From the IMG/VR virus record IMGVR_UViG_3300044786_000093: a DNA stretch of 30,256 bases; one strand, written 5' to 3'. The notes below the pieces were generated by a model, which had not been told where the DNA came from, did no database searches, and saw only the letters and a program-made list of their open reading frames with translations. A program made the position numbers and the translations under genes. Source of the DNA: a virus. Of this stretch, positions 12,489 to 20,438 are shown piece after piece; within the stretch, counting starts at the first letter, position 1, and the number at the start of each line of letters is the position of its first letter.

Positions 12489-13134
12489 TCTCTTCTGCGG
12501 CGCAGGCGGGGCGGCGATGGGCTACCACCGCGCGGGCTTCGACGTGATCGTGGGCGTGGACACCAAACCGCAGCCGCATTACCCGTTCGAGTTCGTGCAG
12601 GCCGACGCGCTCGAATTCTGCGCGGCGCACGGGCGCGAGTTCGACGCCGTCCACGCGTCACCGCCGTGCCACCACTACAGCACTGGCACACAACACAGGA
12701 AAAACCGGGGCATCGTGTACCCTGCCTTAATCGAGCCGACGCAAGCGCTTTTGCTTGAGATAGGACTGCCTTACATCATTGAGAATGTGCCCGGCGCAAA
12801 AAACGACTTGCGAAAACCCGTCATGCTCTGCGGCAGTATGTTCGGGTTAGGCGTGATGCGGCACCGGCTATTTGAGACGAACTGGCCGCTCCCCGTGCCT
12901 GCCCATGCCTGCAACGGCAACGACATTGATCGGGATGCTCTATCGGTGACGCGGCATGGCCCGCCTGCACGCTGGTATCGCAACCACCCAGACAAAACGT
13001 TCAATATCAAGACGTGGCACGCTGCGATGGGCATAGATTGGATGACACGCAGCGAGTTGACCCAAGCCGTCCCGCCCGCCTACACGGAGTACATCGGCGC
13101 GCAACTGCTCGCCGCCGTCCGAGGCGCGAGATGA
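12475..13134 (+). CDS. DNA (cytosine-5) methyltransferase, compact phage type (219 aa).
   Basis: Motif I DLFCGAGG, motif IV SPPCHHYS (catalytic PC), motif VI IIENVPG, RHRLF, motif X TQAVPPAY. Confidence 0.85.
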   Translation: MKLLDLFCGAGGAAMGYHRAGFDVIVGVDTKPQPHYPFEFVQADALEFCAAHGREFDAVHASPPCHHYSTGTQHRKNRGIVYPALIEPTQALLLEIGLPYIIENVPGAKNDLRKPVMLCGSMFGLGVMRHRLFETNWPLPVPAHACNGNDIDRDALSVTRHGPPARWYRNHPDKTFNIKTWHAAMGIDWMTRSELTQAVPPAYTEYIGAQLLAAVRGAR

Positions 13135-13514
13135 AACAGAAGCGCGGCCACTGCCGCACGTGCTCCTGCCAGGTGCTCGGCGCGATCCGGCCCGAGTGCC
13201 TGCGCGGCGTCACCGGCTGGCTCGACGCCCAGGGCGTCCGCCACTTCGACCCGCTCCCGTGCGCCTTCGACGTCACGCGCGTGCTCGACGCCCCGCCGTG
13301 CCACCACAAACACGGACGCGGCCGCTACGAGCACCCCGGCCTCTACAGCCACGACAAGCGCTGCTCCGACTGCGGCAGCCCCATCTCTAACAACTCTGGC
13401 GGGCGCTGCCGCACATGCTCGAGCAAGATCAACGGCGCGAAGCGCAAGGGCGGCCCGCCCAACGAAGCCTGGCGCGTGAGCATGAGCCCGAGCAGACGGG
13501 CGCGCCAGGCATGA
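13131..13514 (+). CDS. Cys-rich zinc-ribbon protein (127 aa).
   Basis: ATGA overlap with the methyltransferase. CRTCSC...CSDCG...CRTCS. Confidence 0.65.
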   Translation: MKQKRGHCRTCSCQVLGAIRPECLRGVTGWLDAQGVRHFDPLPCAFDVTRVLDAPPCHHKHGRGRYEHPGLYSHDKRCSDCGSPISNNSGGRCRTCSSKINGAKRKGGPPNEAWRVSMSPSRRARQA

Positions 13515-13528
13515 CGATGGACGCGGCC

Positions 13529-13548
13529 ATCCCCGCGAAGGCGGGGAC
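13529..13548 (+). repeat. Palindromic hairpin element, copy 6 (ATCCCCGCGAAGGCGGGGAC), intergenic.
   Basis: Exact match to copy 3. Confidence 0.9.
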
Positions 13549-13587
13549 CACAACTGCCCCCGGCCGCCCGGGCAACCCAGGCCATAA

Positions 13588-13770
13588 ATGACGATACCGG
13601 CCGCCGTTGCGCTCTCCTTGGTCTGCTTGACCTGCATCATCGCTGGCGCAACGGTCATCATCATCGTCGTAAACATGCGCTCGTCACAGATCAGCCGCAA
13701 CGAAGAGCACGCGCCCGCACCCGTGCCGTGGTGGGAGCGCATCCCAGGCCACTGGCACGATTCTGCCTAA
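13588..13770 (+). CDS. Small membrane protein (60 aa).
   Basis: ORF track. Hydrophobic helix AAVALSLVCLTCIIAGATVIIIVV. No clear SD. Confidence 0.5.
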   Translation: MTIPAAVALSLVCLTCIIAGATVIIIVVNMRSSQISRNEEHAPAPVPWWERIPGHWHDSA

Positions 13771-13802
13771 CAGAATCGGGGCAGGGGGGCAGGCCACGCT
13801 CA

Positions 13803-13842
13803 CAAATCGTTAGCCATAAGATTAGTTAAGTCTAACGATTTG
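13803..13842. promoter_or_regulatory. AT-rich inverted repeat (caaatcgttag-N18-ctaacgatttg) upstream of the late promoter. Candidate operator, activator site or pac-region element.
   Basis: 11-bp perfect arms. An AT-rich island in GC-rich DNA, about 80 bp upstream of the -35. Confidence 0.45.
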
Positions 13843-13877
13843 CCAATTTCCCCCTTCCCCGCTCCACTTCTTCCTTG

Positions 13878-13922
13878 ACCCCCGACTTGGATCGAGGGCT
13901 GGCCCCCAATCTGGTCGGGGGT
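13878..13922. repeat. Long hairpin (acccccgac...gtcgggggt) built from two degenerate variant elements. It abuts the -35 of the late promoter.
   Basis: Contains cccccgacttggatcgaggg and cccccaatctggtcggggg. Confidence 0.5.
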
Positions 13923-13950
13923 TGACGCCCCCGCTCAATCGTTCTACTAT
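13922..13950 (+). promoter_or_regulatory. Sigma70-type promoter (TTGACG-N17-TACTAT) for the structural operon, with a near-leaderless first ORF.
   Basis: gTTGACGcccccgctcaatcgttcTACTATacccacccATG. Confidence 0.55.
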
Positions 13951-13958
13951 ACCCACCC

Positions 13959-14102
13959 ATGGACAAGCCGCTGGCGCTCTTCTCGCTGCTGCTCGTCGCA
14001 CTTGCGGCGCTCGCCTACACGCTGCTTTTCCACGTCGCCCGCCGCTGGGCCGTCCCGCCTGACTTCTTCAATGCCCAGGTCCCGACCCACTCGCTCCAGT
14101 AA
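13959..14102 (+). CDS. Small membrane protein (47 aa; below the ORF-track cutoff).
   Basis: Hand translation: MDKPLALFSLLLVALAALAYTLLFHVARRWAVPPDFFNAQVPTHSLQ. The ATG lies 8 nt after the -10. Confidence 0.4.
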   Translation: MDKPLALFSLLLVALAALAYTLLFHVARRWAVPPDFFNAQVPTHSLQ

Positions 14103-14448
14103 GACCCGCAGCCGCGGCGCTCAACGCCGCAACTCCAACGCCAAGACCCACGGCTTTTACTCTTCACTCCCGCCCCGCAAACTCGACACCATTACCGACA
14201 TCCTACTCGACGCCCAGGCGCGCCAGGCGCAGCTCTCCACCTACATCGACGCCGTGCTGGCCGAGGGGGCCACAACCGACGACGTGGTCAAGCTCATTGG
14301 CCTCCACGCGCAGGGCGCCACTCGACTGGCCCGCCTGCTCCGCGACCAGCGCGCCCTCGGAGGCCAGGCCGCCGAGGGCCTGACCGCCGCCATCGCCGCC
14401 GCGCTCGACGAGCTGGGAACAGAGATCGGACTCCCCGAGCCGCCCTAA
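14071..14448 (+). CDS. Putative small terminase-like protein (125 aa).
   Basis: Located just upstream of TerL. The N-terminal basic motif RGAQRRNSNAKTHGFYS resembles the N..KHGxYS box I recall from small proteins upstream of terminases. The start is uncertain (TTG 14002 is an alternative). Confidence 0.45.
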   Translation: MPRSRPTRSSKTRSRGAQRRNSNAKTHGFYSSLPPRKLDTITDILLDAQARQAQLSTYIDAVLAEGATTDDVVKLIGLHAQGATRLARLLRDQRALGGQAAEGLTAAIAAALDELGTEIGLPEPP

Positions 14449-14467
14449 AGGGTCGCAAAGAACGCTG

Positions 14468-14716
14468 ATGAACAAAACCCGCCGCCCACCGCGCCAACTC
14501 GGAGCCGCGCTCCGCCGCTTCGCCCAAGCGCTCGTGCCCACCGTCGGCGCCGACCAGGAAGCGCCGCCGCCCGAAAACGACTGGCAGCGCGCGATAGAGC
14601 TGCGCATCTCCAAGCTGGAGCAGGCCACCAACGCACAGAACCGCCTGCTGCTGCTGACCCTGATCAGCATCCTCGCCGAGTTCCTTTATGGATTGCGAAC
14701 GTACATGACGCCATGA
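14468..14716 (+). CDS. Hypothetical protein (82 aa) with a C-terminal hydrophobic helix.
   Basis: ORF track. Weak RBS. Confidence 0.5.
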   Translation: MNKTRRPPRQLGAALRRFAQALVPTVGADQEAPPPENDWQRAIELRISKLEQATNAQNRLLLLTLISILAEFLYGLRTYMTP

Positions 14717-14722
14717 TCACTT

Positions 14723-16282
14723 ATGGACCCATCCTTATTCGCCCAGGCCAAGGAAGCCGCCAAGAAATGGCTGACCCGCATCAGCGGCTTCTCGCGCCTC
14801 GTCATCCACCGGCCCCTCTACCGCTACCAGCTCGCGCCCGCCTGGGCCATCGTGGACTCAGTGCTCCGCAAGCGCGGGCGCGAGTTCGCAATCATGTTCC
14901 CGCGCCAGTCGGGGAAGAACGAGACCCAGGCGCAGATCGAGGCTTACTTGCTCAATCTCTTCCAACTCGTGCCGCAGGCGCAGATCGTCAAGGCCTCGCC
15001 GACCTTCAAGCCGCAGAGCATCAACGCGATGCTGCGGCTCGAGGCCGCGCTGCGCAACGACTGGAACAAGAACGAGATGCGCAAGCGCGAGGGCTACATC
15101 TTCCAACTCGGCCAGGCGACGATCACTTTCTTCTCCGCCGAGCCGCAGGCCCAGGCCGTGGGCGCATCGGCAACGCTCCTACTGGAGGGCGACGAGGCCC
15201 AGGACATCAGCGAGACGCAGTGGGGGTTGAAGTTCGAGCCGATGATGGCCTCCACCAACGCCACCATGGCCCTGTGGGGCACGGCCTGGACTTCCAAAAC
15301 ATTGCTCGCCCGCACGATCAAGCGCCTGCGCGCGCTCGAAGCGCAGGACGGAGTCAAACGAGTGTTCGTCGTCACGCCTGAGCAGGTCGCCCGCGAGAAC
15401 CCGGCCTACGGCGTGTTCGTCGAGCGCCAGGTCGCAAAGCATGGCCGCCAGCATCCGCTCGTGCGCACGCAGTATTTCAACGAGGAGATCGACGCCGAGG
15501 GCGGGATGTTCCCGCCCACCCGCCGCGCACTCATGCAGGGATCGCACCCGCGCCAGAAAGCCCCCCGCCCCAGCGCGATCTATGCCTTCCTATTGGATGT
15601 CGCCGGCGAGGACGAGGGCGCGACCGGCGACCGCGTCGTCGTGGATCGCGCCGAGCTGGCCAACCCGGAGCGCGACGCCGCGTCGCTCACCATCGTCGAG
15701 ATAGACCTGTCCACGCTCTCCGACCCGCTCATCGCCAAACCCACCTACCGCGCCATCCAGCGCGAGCTGTGGGTCGGCACGAAGCACACCGCGCTCTATG
15801 GCAAACTCCGCGCGCTCATCCACCTGTGGAAGCCGCGCTACATCGCCGCCGACGCGACCGGAGTCGGCGCAGGCATCACCAGCTTCCTAGACACCGCCTT
15901 CCCCGGCCGCGTGCTCCCGTTCGTGTTCAACAGCGCGACCAAATCGCGGCTCGGCTGGGATTTCCTGAGCATCGTCGAAACCGGCCGCTGGCAGGATTGG
16001 GCTGTCCCGGAGGACGGGGCCGATCCAGACTCAGAGACATTCTGGCGCGAACTGGAGGCCGTGCAGTACGAGGCCGGTCTAAACCAGACGCTCCGGTGGG
16101 GCGTGCCCCCCAACACGCGCGCTGATGATCCCCGCGCAGGCGGGGACCGGATCGTCCACGACGACACCGTTCTTTCCGCCGCCCTCTGCGCCGTGCTCGA
16201 CGAACAGGAGTGGTTCGTCGGCGGCCCGACGCTCGTCGTGCGAGGCCGCGACCCGCTCGAGGAGATCGACCGTGGCCGCTAA
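14723..16282 (+). CDS. terL: Terminase large subunit (519 aa).
   Basis: Walker A-like FPRQSGKNET, Walker B-like LLLEGDEAQD, and a C-terminal nuclease-like region (AADATGVGAG...). It lies directly before the portal gene. Contains element copy 7. Confidence 0.85.
   Translation: MDPSLFAQAKEAAKKWLTRISGFSRLVIHRPLYRYQLAPAWAIVDSVLRKRGREFAIMFPRQSGKNETQAQIEAYLLNLFQLVPQAQIVKASPTFKPQSINAMLRLEAALRNDWNKNEMRKREGYIFQLGQATITFFSAEPQAQAVGASATLLLEGDEAQDISETQWGLKFEPMMASTNATMALWGTAWTSKTLLARTIKRLRALEAQDGVKRVFVVTPEQVARENPAYGVFVERQVAKHGRQHPLVRTQYFNEEIDAEGGMFPPTRRALMQGSHPRQKAPRPSAIYAFLLDVAGEDEGATGDRVVVDRAELANPERDAASLTIVEIDLSTLSDPLIAKPTYRAIQRELWVGTKHTALYGKLRALIHLWKPRYIAADATGVGAGITSFLDTAFPGRVLPFVFNSATKSRLGWDFLSIVETGRWQDWAVPEDGADPDSETFWRELEAVQYEAGLNQTLRWGVPPNTRADDPRAGGDRIVHDDTVLSAALCAVLDEQEWFVGGPTLVVRGRDPLEEIDRGR
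16128..16147 (+). repeat. Palindromic hairpin element, copy 7 (ATCCCCGCGCAGGCGGGGAC), in frame in terL (DPRAGGD).
   Basis: Exact 20-mer. Confidence 0.9.
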
Positions 16283-17858
16283 AAGGATTCGGGTAGCCAC
16301 AAAGAGAGTCAAGGGGCGCGCCGCACGCTCCGATTTCGCCCACGCAAAATCGCAGGCCCCGCGATTCACCGCCGCGCAGATGAAAGCCGAAGTCGCCCGC
16401 CAGGTGCAGCTGAGCGTGTCGAAGCTCGCCGTGCGCGAGACCGACGACACCTTCATCCTCGGCGCGCGCCAGGCGTCTCAACAGAACTGGCGCGACCGCT
16501 ACGACTACGACCGCGAAAAGATTTTGCTCGACGCGCTGCTCGTGTGGCGCTCCAACCCGCTCGCGCGCCGCATCGTCGAGCTGACCAGCCAGTACGTCGT
16601 CGGCGGAGGCCTGGTCCCCATCTGCAAGCACCCCGAGACCGCCAAATTCCTGACGAAGTTTTGGGACCACAGACTCAATCGCATGGAGACGCGCTGTATC
16701 GAGTGGTGCGACGAACTGACCCGCTCCGGCGAACTCTTCATCTTGATCGCCACCGACCCCGGCGGCCAGTCCTACGCGCGCGCCGTCGCCGCCGCCGACA
16801 TCGAGGCGATCACCCCATCCGCCAACGACATCGAGCAGGCCGTTTCCTTCCAGCCCAAGCTCAGCGTCGACGCCCTGAGCCTGTCGAAGGGCGACCCCGC
16901 GCCTTACATCGCCTACGACGAGCAGAACGACGAGCCGGACAGCCAGGGCAAGTGGCAGCCGCGCATGGTCCAGTACGCCGTCAACCGCCCCGTGGGCGGG
17001 CAGCACGGCGAGAGCGACCTGGGGCCGCTGCTCCGCTGGCTCACGCGCTACGACGGCTGGCTCGAAGACAGAGTCCGGCTCAACCGCTACCGGCAAGCCT
17101 TCATGTATATCCTCACCGGCACGTGGGAAAACGAGACCGCGCGAAAGAAAAAGCAGGCCGAAATCAACGCCGACCCGCCCCCGCCCGGCTCGACTCTGGT
17201 GACAGACAAGTCCGAAACTTGGGGCGTGCTCAACCCGCAGCTCGCCAGCTTCGAAGCGGGCGAAGACGGTCTGGCGATCAAGAAACACATTGCCACCGGC
17301 GCCGGCATCCCACTTCACTTCGTCGCCGAACCGGAGGGCGAGACGCGCACGACCGCCGCCGCCTCGGGCAGCCCCACCTTCCGCCACTACGAGCAGCGCC
17401 AGCTCTACTTCCTATCGTTCGTCAAAGACATTCTCAACATCGTCCGCCGCCGCGGCATCGAAGCCAAACGGCGTCTCTCCACCACCGCCGACATCGTCAT
17501 GCGCGGCGGTGACATCTCCGGGCGCGACAATGCCGCGCTCGCGCTCGCCGCTTCGCAGATCGTCGCTTCGTTCGCCGTGATCCGCGACCGGGGGTTGATC
17601 GACGACGCGGAACTGCTGCGCCTGTCCTATCGTTTCGCAGGCGAGCTCGTAGATGTGGAGGAGATGCTGGAACGCGGCCGGCAAGCGCCAATGCCTCGCA
17701 TCCTGCCCAAGGCCGGAGCCGCCGCGCCGCCCGGAGGCAACAAGAAGAAGGTCAAGCCCACCGATCCGCTCGTGGACGCCGACGTCGAGAAGCCGCAGGG
17801 CGACGCCGCGCTCAGCGCCGTGCAACGCCGCAACGGTCAGCTGACGACTGACGACTGA
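16272..17858 (+). CDS. Portal protein (about 528 aa).
   Basis: Follows TerL. Size and the motif ...LLVWRSNPLARRIVELTSQYVVGGG... are portal-like. GAGGAG lies 7-9 nt before GTG 16272. ATG 16380 is an alternative start. Confidence 0.75.
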   Translation: MAAKRIRVATKRVKGRAARSDFAHAKSQAPRFTAAQMKAEVARQVQLSVSKLAVRETDDTFILGARQASQQNWRDRYDYDREKILLDALLVWRSNPLARRIVELTSQYVVGGGLVPICKHPETAKFLTKFWDHRLNRMETRCIEWCDELTRSGELFILIATDPGGQSYARAVAAADIEAITPSANDIEQAVSFQPKLSVDALSLSKGDPAPYIAYDEQNDEPDSQGKWQPRMVQYAVNRPVGGQHGESDLGPLLRWLTRYDGWLEDRVRLNRYRQAFMYILTGTWENETARKKKQAEINADPPPPGSTLVTDKSETWGVLNPQLASFEAGEDGLAIKKHIATGAGIPLHFVAEPEGETRTTAAASGSPTFRHYEQRQLYFLSFVKDILNIVRRRGIEAKRRLSTTADIVMRGGDISGRDNAALALAASQIVASFAVIRDRGLIDDAELLRLSYRFAGELVDVEEMLERGRQAPMPRILPKAGAAAPPGGNKKKVKPTDPLVDADVEKPQGDAALSAVQRRNGQLTTDD

Positions 17859-17874
17859 GGACTGAGGACTGACC
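17845..17874 (+). repeat. Heptads cgacTGA cgacTGA ggacTGA ggacTGA at the portal stop.
   Basis: The second TGA (17856-17858) is the portal stop. GAGGA lies 7 nt before ATG 17876. Confidence 0.85.
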
Positions 17875-17875
17875 A

Positions 17876-18235
17876 ATGACCGCTCCCCACGTCACCCGCT
17901 TCCGCAAGGCGCTCGCCGGTTCTTTCTTCCGCGTAGGCTACTACAGCGGCGGCGGCGCGGGCACCGTCGACCCGGAAAAGTTCTGCGTACAGTATCAGAA
18001 GAACCCCACCGCGCCCACGCAGCCCAGCGCGCCCACGCAGCCCAGCGCGCCGACCGGGGCCACACCCGCGACGCCGCCCGCGATGGCGGCCTGCGGCAGC
18101 GCGGCGGGCATACGCAACCCGCCCGTTCCACCAGGCGGCGCACCCAACCCGCCCGCTCCCACCCAGCCACCGCGACCGGCACCGGAGCCGCCACCCGAAG
18201 GGACACCGACACCGCCCACTGGAGGCACACCATGA
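17876..18235 (+). CDS. Pro-rich low-complexity protein (119 aa) with an APTQPS tandem repeat.
   Basis: Heptad-derived SD. ATGA overlap with the capsid gene. Confidence 0.55.
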   Translation: MTAPHVTRFRKALAGSFFRVGYYSGGGAGTVDPEKFCVQYQKNPTAPTQPSAPTQPSAPTGATPATPPAMAACGSAAGIRNPPVPPGGAPNPPAPTQPPRPAPEPPPEGTPTPPTGGTP

Positions 18236-20325
18236 CCGACATCGAACTGACTGACTTCGGACTGACTGAGCAGCACGCGCAATTCGCCGCCGCCGCCGAC
18301 GTCAACGCGCGCGGCGAGTTCGAGATCGTCGCCATCACCGCCGGGCAGGCCAACGGCTGGAACTTCACCGCCAAGGCGCTCCAAGAGTCGGTCAAACTCT
18401 GGGACGGCACCAACTCGCTCATCGACCACGCCGGCTTCTTCGACATGCCCAGCATCATGAAACTCGGCGGCGTGTGCTACGGCCCCGCGTGGGACGAGAG
18501 CCGCCAGGGCATCAAGGCCACGCTCCGCCCGTTCGGACCGTGCGGCCCGCTCGTCGCCGACCTGGGCAAGGAAGTCTTGGCCGCCAAAGCCAAAGGCGAC
18601 CCCATGCCCAAGATCGGCTTCTCCGCAGACATCTGGTTCAAGGCCAACGGCCGCGACGTGATCGAGATCACGCGCATCACCAGCCTTGACCTGGTGATCG
18701 ACCCCGCGCGCGGCGGGGACTTTCTCCGCGCTCTGAATCAGGCGGGCTACCCCCGCCGGGAGGCCACTATGGCAGACACTGCCACCCCCGCTCCCGCCCC
18801 GGCCACAGCGCCAGCCCCGGCGGCCAACACAGCCCAGACGCCTACACCCGTCGCGGCCCAACTCGAAGCCGACCTCGCCGCCATCCGCAACATGGCCCAG
18901 GTTGACGAGGAGCGCCGCGCACTGGCAAGCGAGGCCGCGAAGGCGCGCGAACTCCGCGCCGCCATGTGCGGACACCTGCTCGACACGGGCCTGGCCGCGT
19001 CGCGGCTGCCTACCCCCATGCAGGACAGCGTCCGCAAGCAGTTCAGCACCATCGGCGCCGATGGCAAGATCAAGCCGCGCGCCTTTGAGCCGACCGAGCT
19101 CACCGACGCGATCGACGCAGCGCGCGACCTGGTCAGCGCGCTCACTGGCCCGTCCGCGGTCATCGGACCCGGCCGGACGCACTCCATGTTCAACACGGAC
19201 GACAAAGTCCTGGCCGCCGTCGAGGACCTGATGGAGGTCCCGCGCGACGACGCGCTCAAAGCCGTCAAGACCGCCCAGCTCTCCGGTGTGCGCGAACTCT
19301 ACCTGATGTTCACGGGCGACCGCGACTTCAGGGGCGGCTACTACCCGGAGCACGTCCAACTGGGCACCGGCTCGTTCACCAGCATCGTGGCGAACGTGAT
19401 GAACAAAGCCGTCGTCACGCGCTGGGAACTGATGGGCCGCAAGGGCTACGACTGGTGGAACCAGGTCGCCCACGTCGAGAAATTCAAAGACCTGCAACAA
19501 GTGCGCTGGCTCATCACCGGCACCATCGCCACCCTGCCCACCGTCGCCAAGGGCGCAGAGTACACGCCGCTGATGATCGGCGTAGGCCACGAACTGAGTT
19601 CGTTCGCCAAGTACGGCGGCTACGTCGGGATCGACCTGGAAGACTTGATCAACGACGACACGCGCAAGCTGCGCGAGACCCCGCGCGAGCTCGCCTCCGC
19701 CGCGATCCGCAACATCAGCGAGCTGGTTGCCGCGCTCTTCACCATGAACAGCGCTGTTGGCCCGACGCTCGTCGACACCGGCGCACTGTTCAACAACACC
19801 GCCGTCGCCACCGCCGGTGGCCACCTGAACCTGCTCACGACCGCGCTCGGCACGACCTACGCGGCCTGGGACGCCGCCGCCACCGCCGTCTACAACCAGC
19901 CCATGCTGGTCAGCAACGACACTGGGTACATAGGCACGGGCAAGAAGCTTGGTCTCAACCCGTCCATCTGTCTGGTGCCGCGCGCACTCCAGCCCGCCGC
20001 CGAAGCGCTCTTCACGCCGAACTGGGCGGACAGGGTGGAGGCCATCGCCGCCTCCGGAGGCCCGACCTACGCCGGGCACGTCAAGCCCCTCGTCGTCCCG
20101 GAGTGGACCGACGCCACCGACTGGGCCGCCGTCTGCGACAAGGACCTCGTGCCCGGCGTCTGCATCGGCCACGTCTTCGGCCTGATGCCGGAAATCTTCG
20201 TGGCCGGCGACGAACTCTCGCCCGCCGTCTTCGCCAACGACGAGTTCCGCGTCAAGGTGCGCCACCACCTGGCCGTCGGCGTCGCCGACTTCCGCCCGCT
20301 GCACAAGAACAACGTCGCGGGCTAA
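18232..20325 (+). CDS. Putative fusion of a scaffold/protease-like N-domain with the major capsid protein (697 aa).
   Basis: Position after the portal. The N-terminal ~190 aa (GEFEIVAITAGQANGWNF...LIDH) resemble GPO-type scaffold/peptidase domains. A coiled-coil, Ala/Pro-rich linker follows, then a C-terminal ~400 aa capsid-sized domain. Strong hairpins flank the gene. Confidence 0.6.
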   Translation: MTDIELTDFGLTEQHAQFAAAADVNARGEFEIVAITAGQANGWNFTAKALQESVKLWDGTNSLIDHAGFFDMPSIMKLGGVCYGPAWDESRQGIKATLRPFGPCGPLVADLGKEVLAAKAKGDPMPKIGFSADIWFKANGRDVIEITRITSLDLVIDPARGGDFLRALNQAGYPRREATMADTATPAPAPATAPAPAANTAQTPTPVAAQLEADLAAIRNMAQVDEERRALASEAAKARELRAAMCGHLLDTGLAASRLPTPMQDSVRKQFSTIGADGKIKPRAFEPTELTDAIDAARDLVSALTGPSAVIGPGRTHSMFNTDDKVLAAVEDLMEVPRDDALKAVKTAQLSGVRELYLMFTGDRDFRGGYYPEHVQLGTGSFTSIVANVMNKAVVTRWELMGRKGYDWWNQVAHVEKFKDLQQVRWLITGTIATLPTVAKGAEYTPLMIGVGHELSSFAKYGGYVGIDLEDLINDDTRKLRETPRELASAAIRNISELVAALFTMNSAVGPTLVDTGALFNNTAVATAGGHLNLLTTALGTTYAAWDAAATAVYNQPMLVSNDTGYIGTGKKLGLNPSICLVPRALQPAAEALFTPNWADRVEAIAASGGPTYAGHVKPLVVPEWTDATDWAAVCDKDLVPGVCIGHVFGLMPEIFVAGDELSPAVFANDEFRVKVRHHLAVGVADFRPLHKNNVAG

Positions 20326-20343
20326 GCTCAATAACCCAAAAGA

Positions 20344-20385
20344 GGGGCCGGGCGGCGCGTACATCGGAGTCCACCGCCCGGCCCC
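20344..20385 (+). terminator. Terminator-like hairpin after the capsid gene (12-bp stem ggggccgggcgg/ccgcccggcccc).
   Basis: Read directly. No U-tract. Confidence 0.5.
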
Positions 20386-20438
20386 ACCGCCGCACCATCG
20401 AGTAGCCCGGCCCCATTGGGGCAGGAAAAGGAACACCC

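Noticed and set aside
4542-16147. The possibility that the repeated CCCCGC...GCGGGG palindromes form a CRISPR array.
   Set aside because: The copies are 0.3-4 kb apart, irregularly spaced, only 20 nt long and often inside genes. There is no repeat-spacer periodicity and no cas genes.
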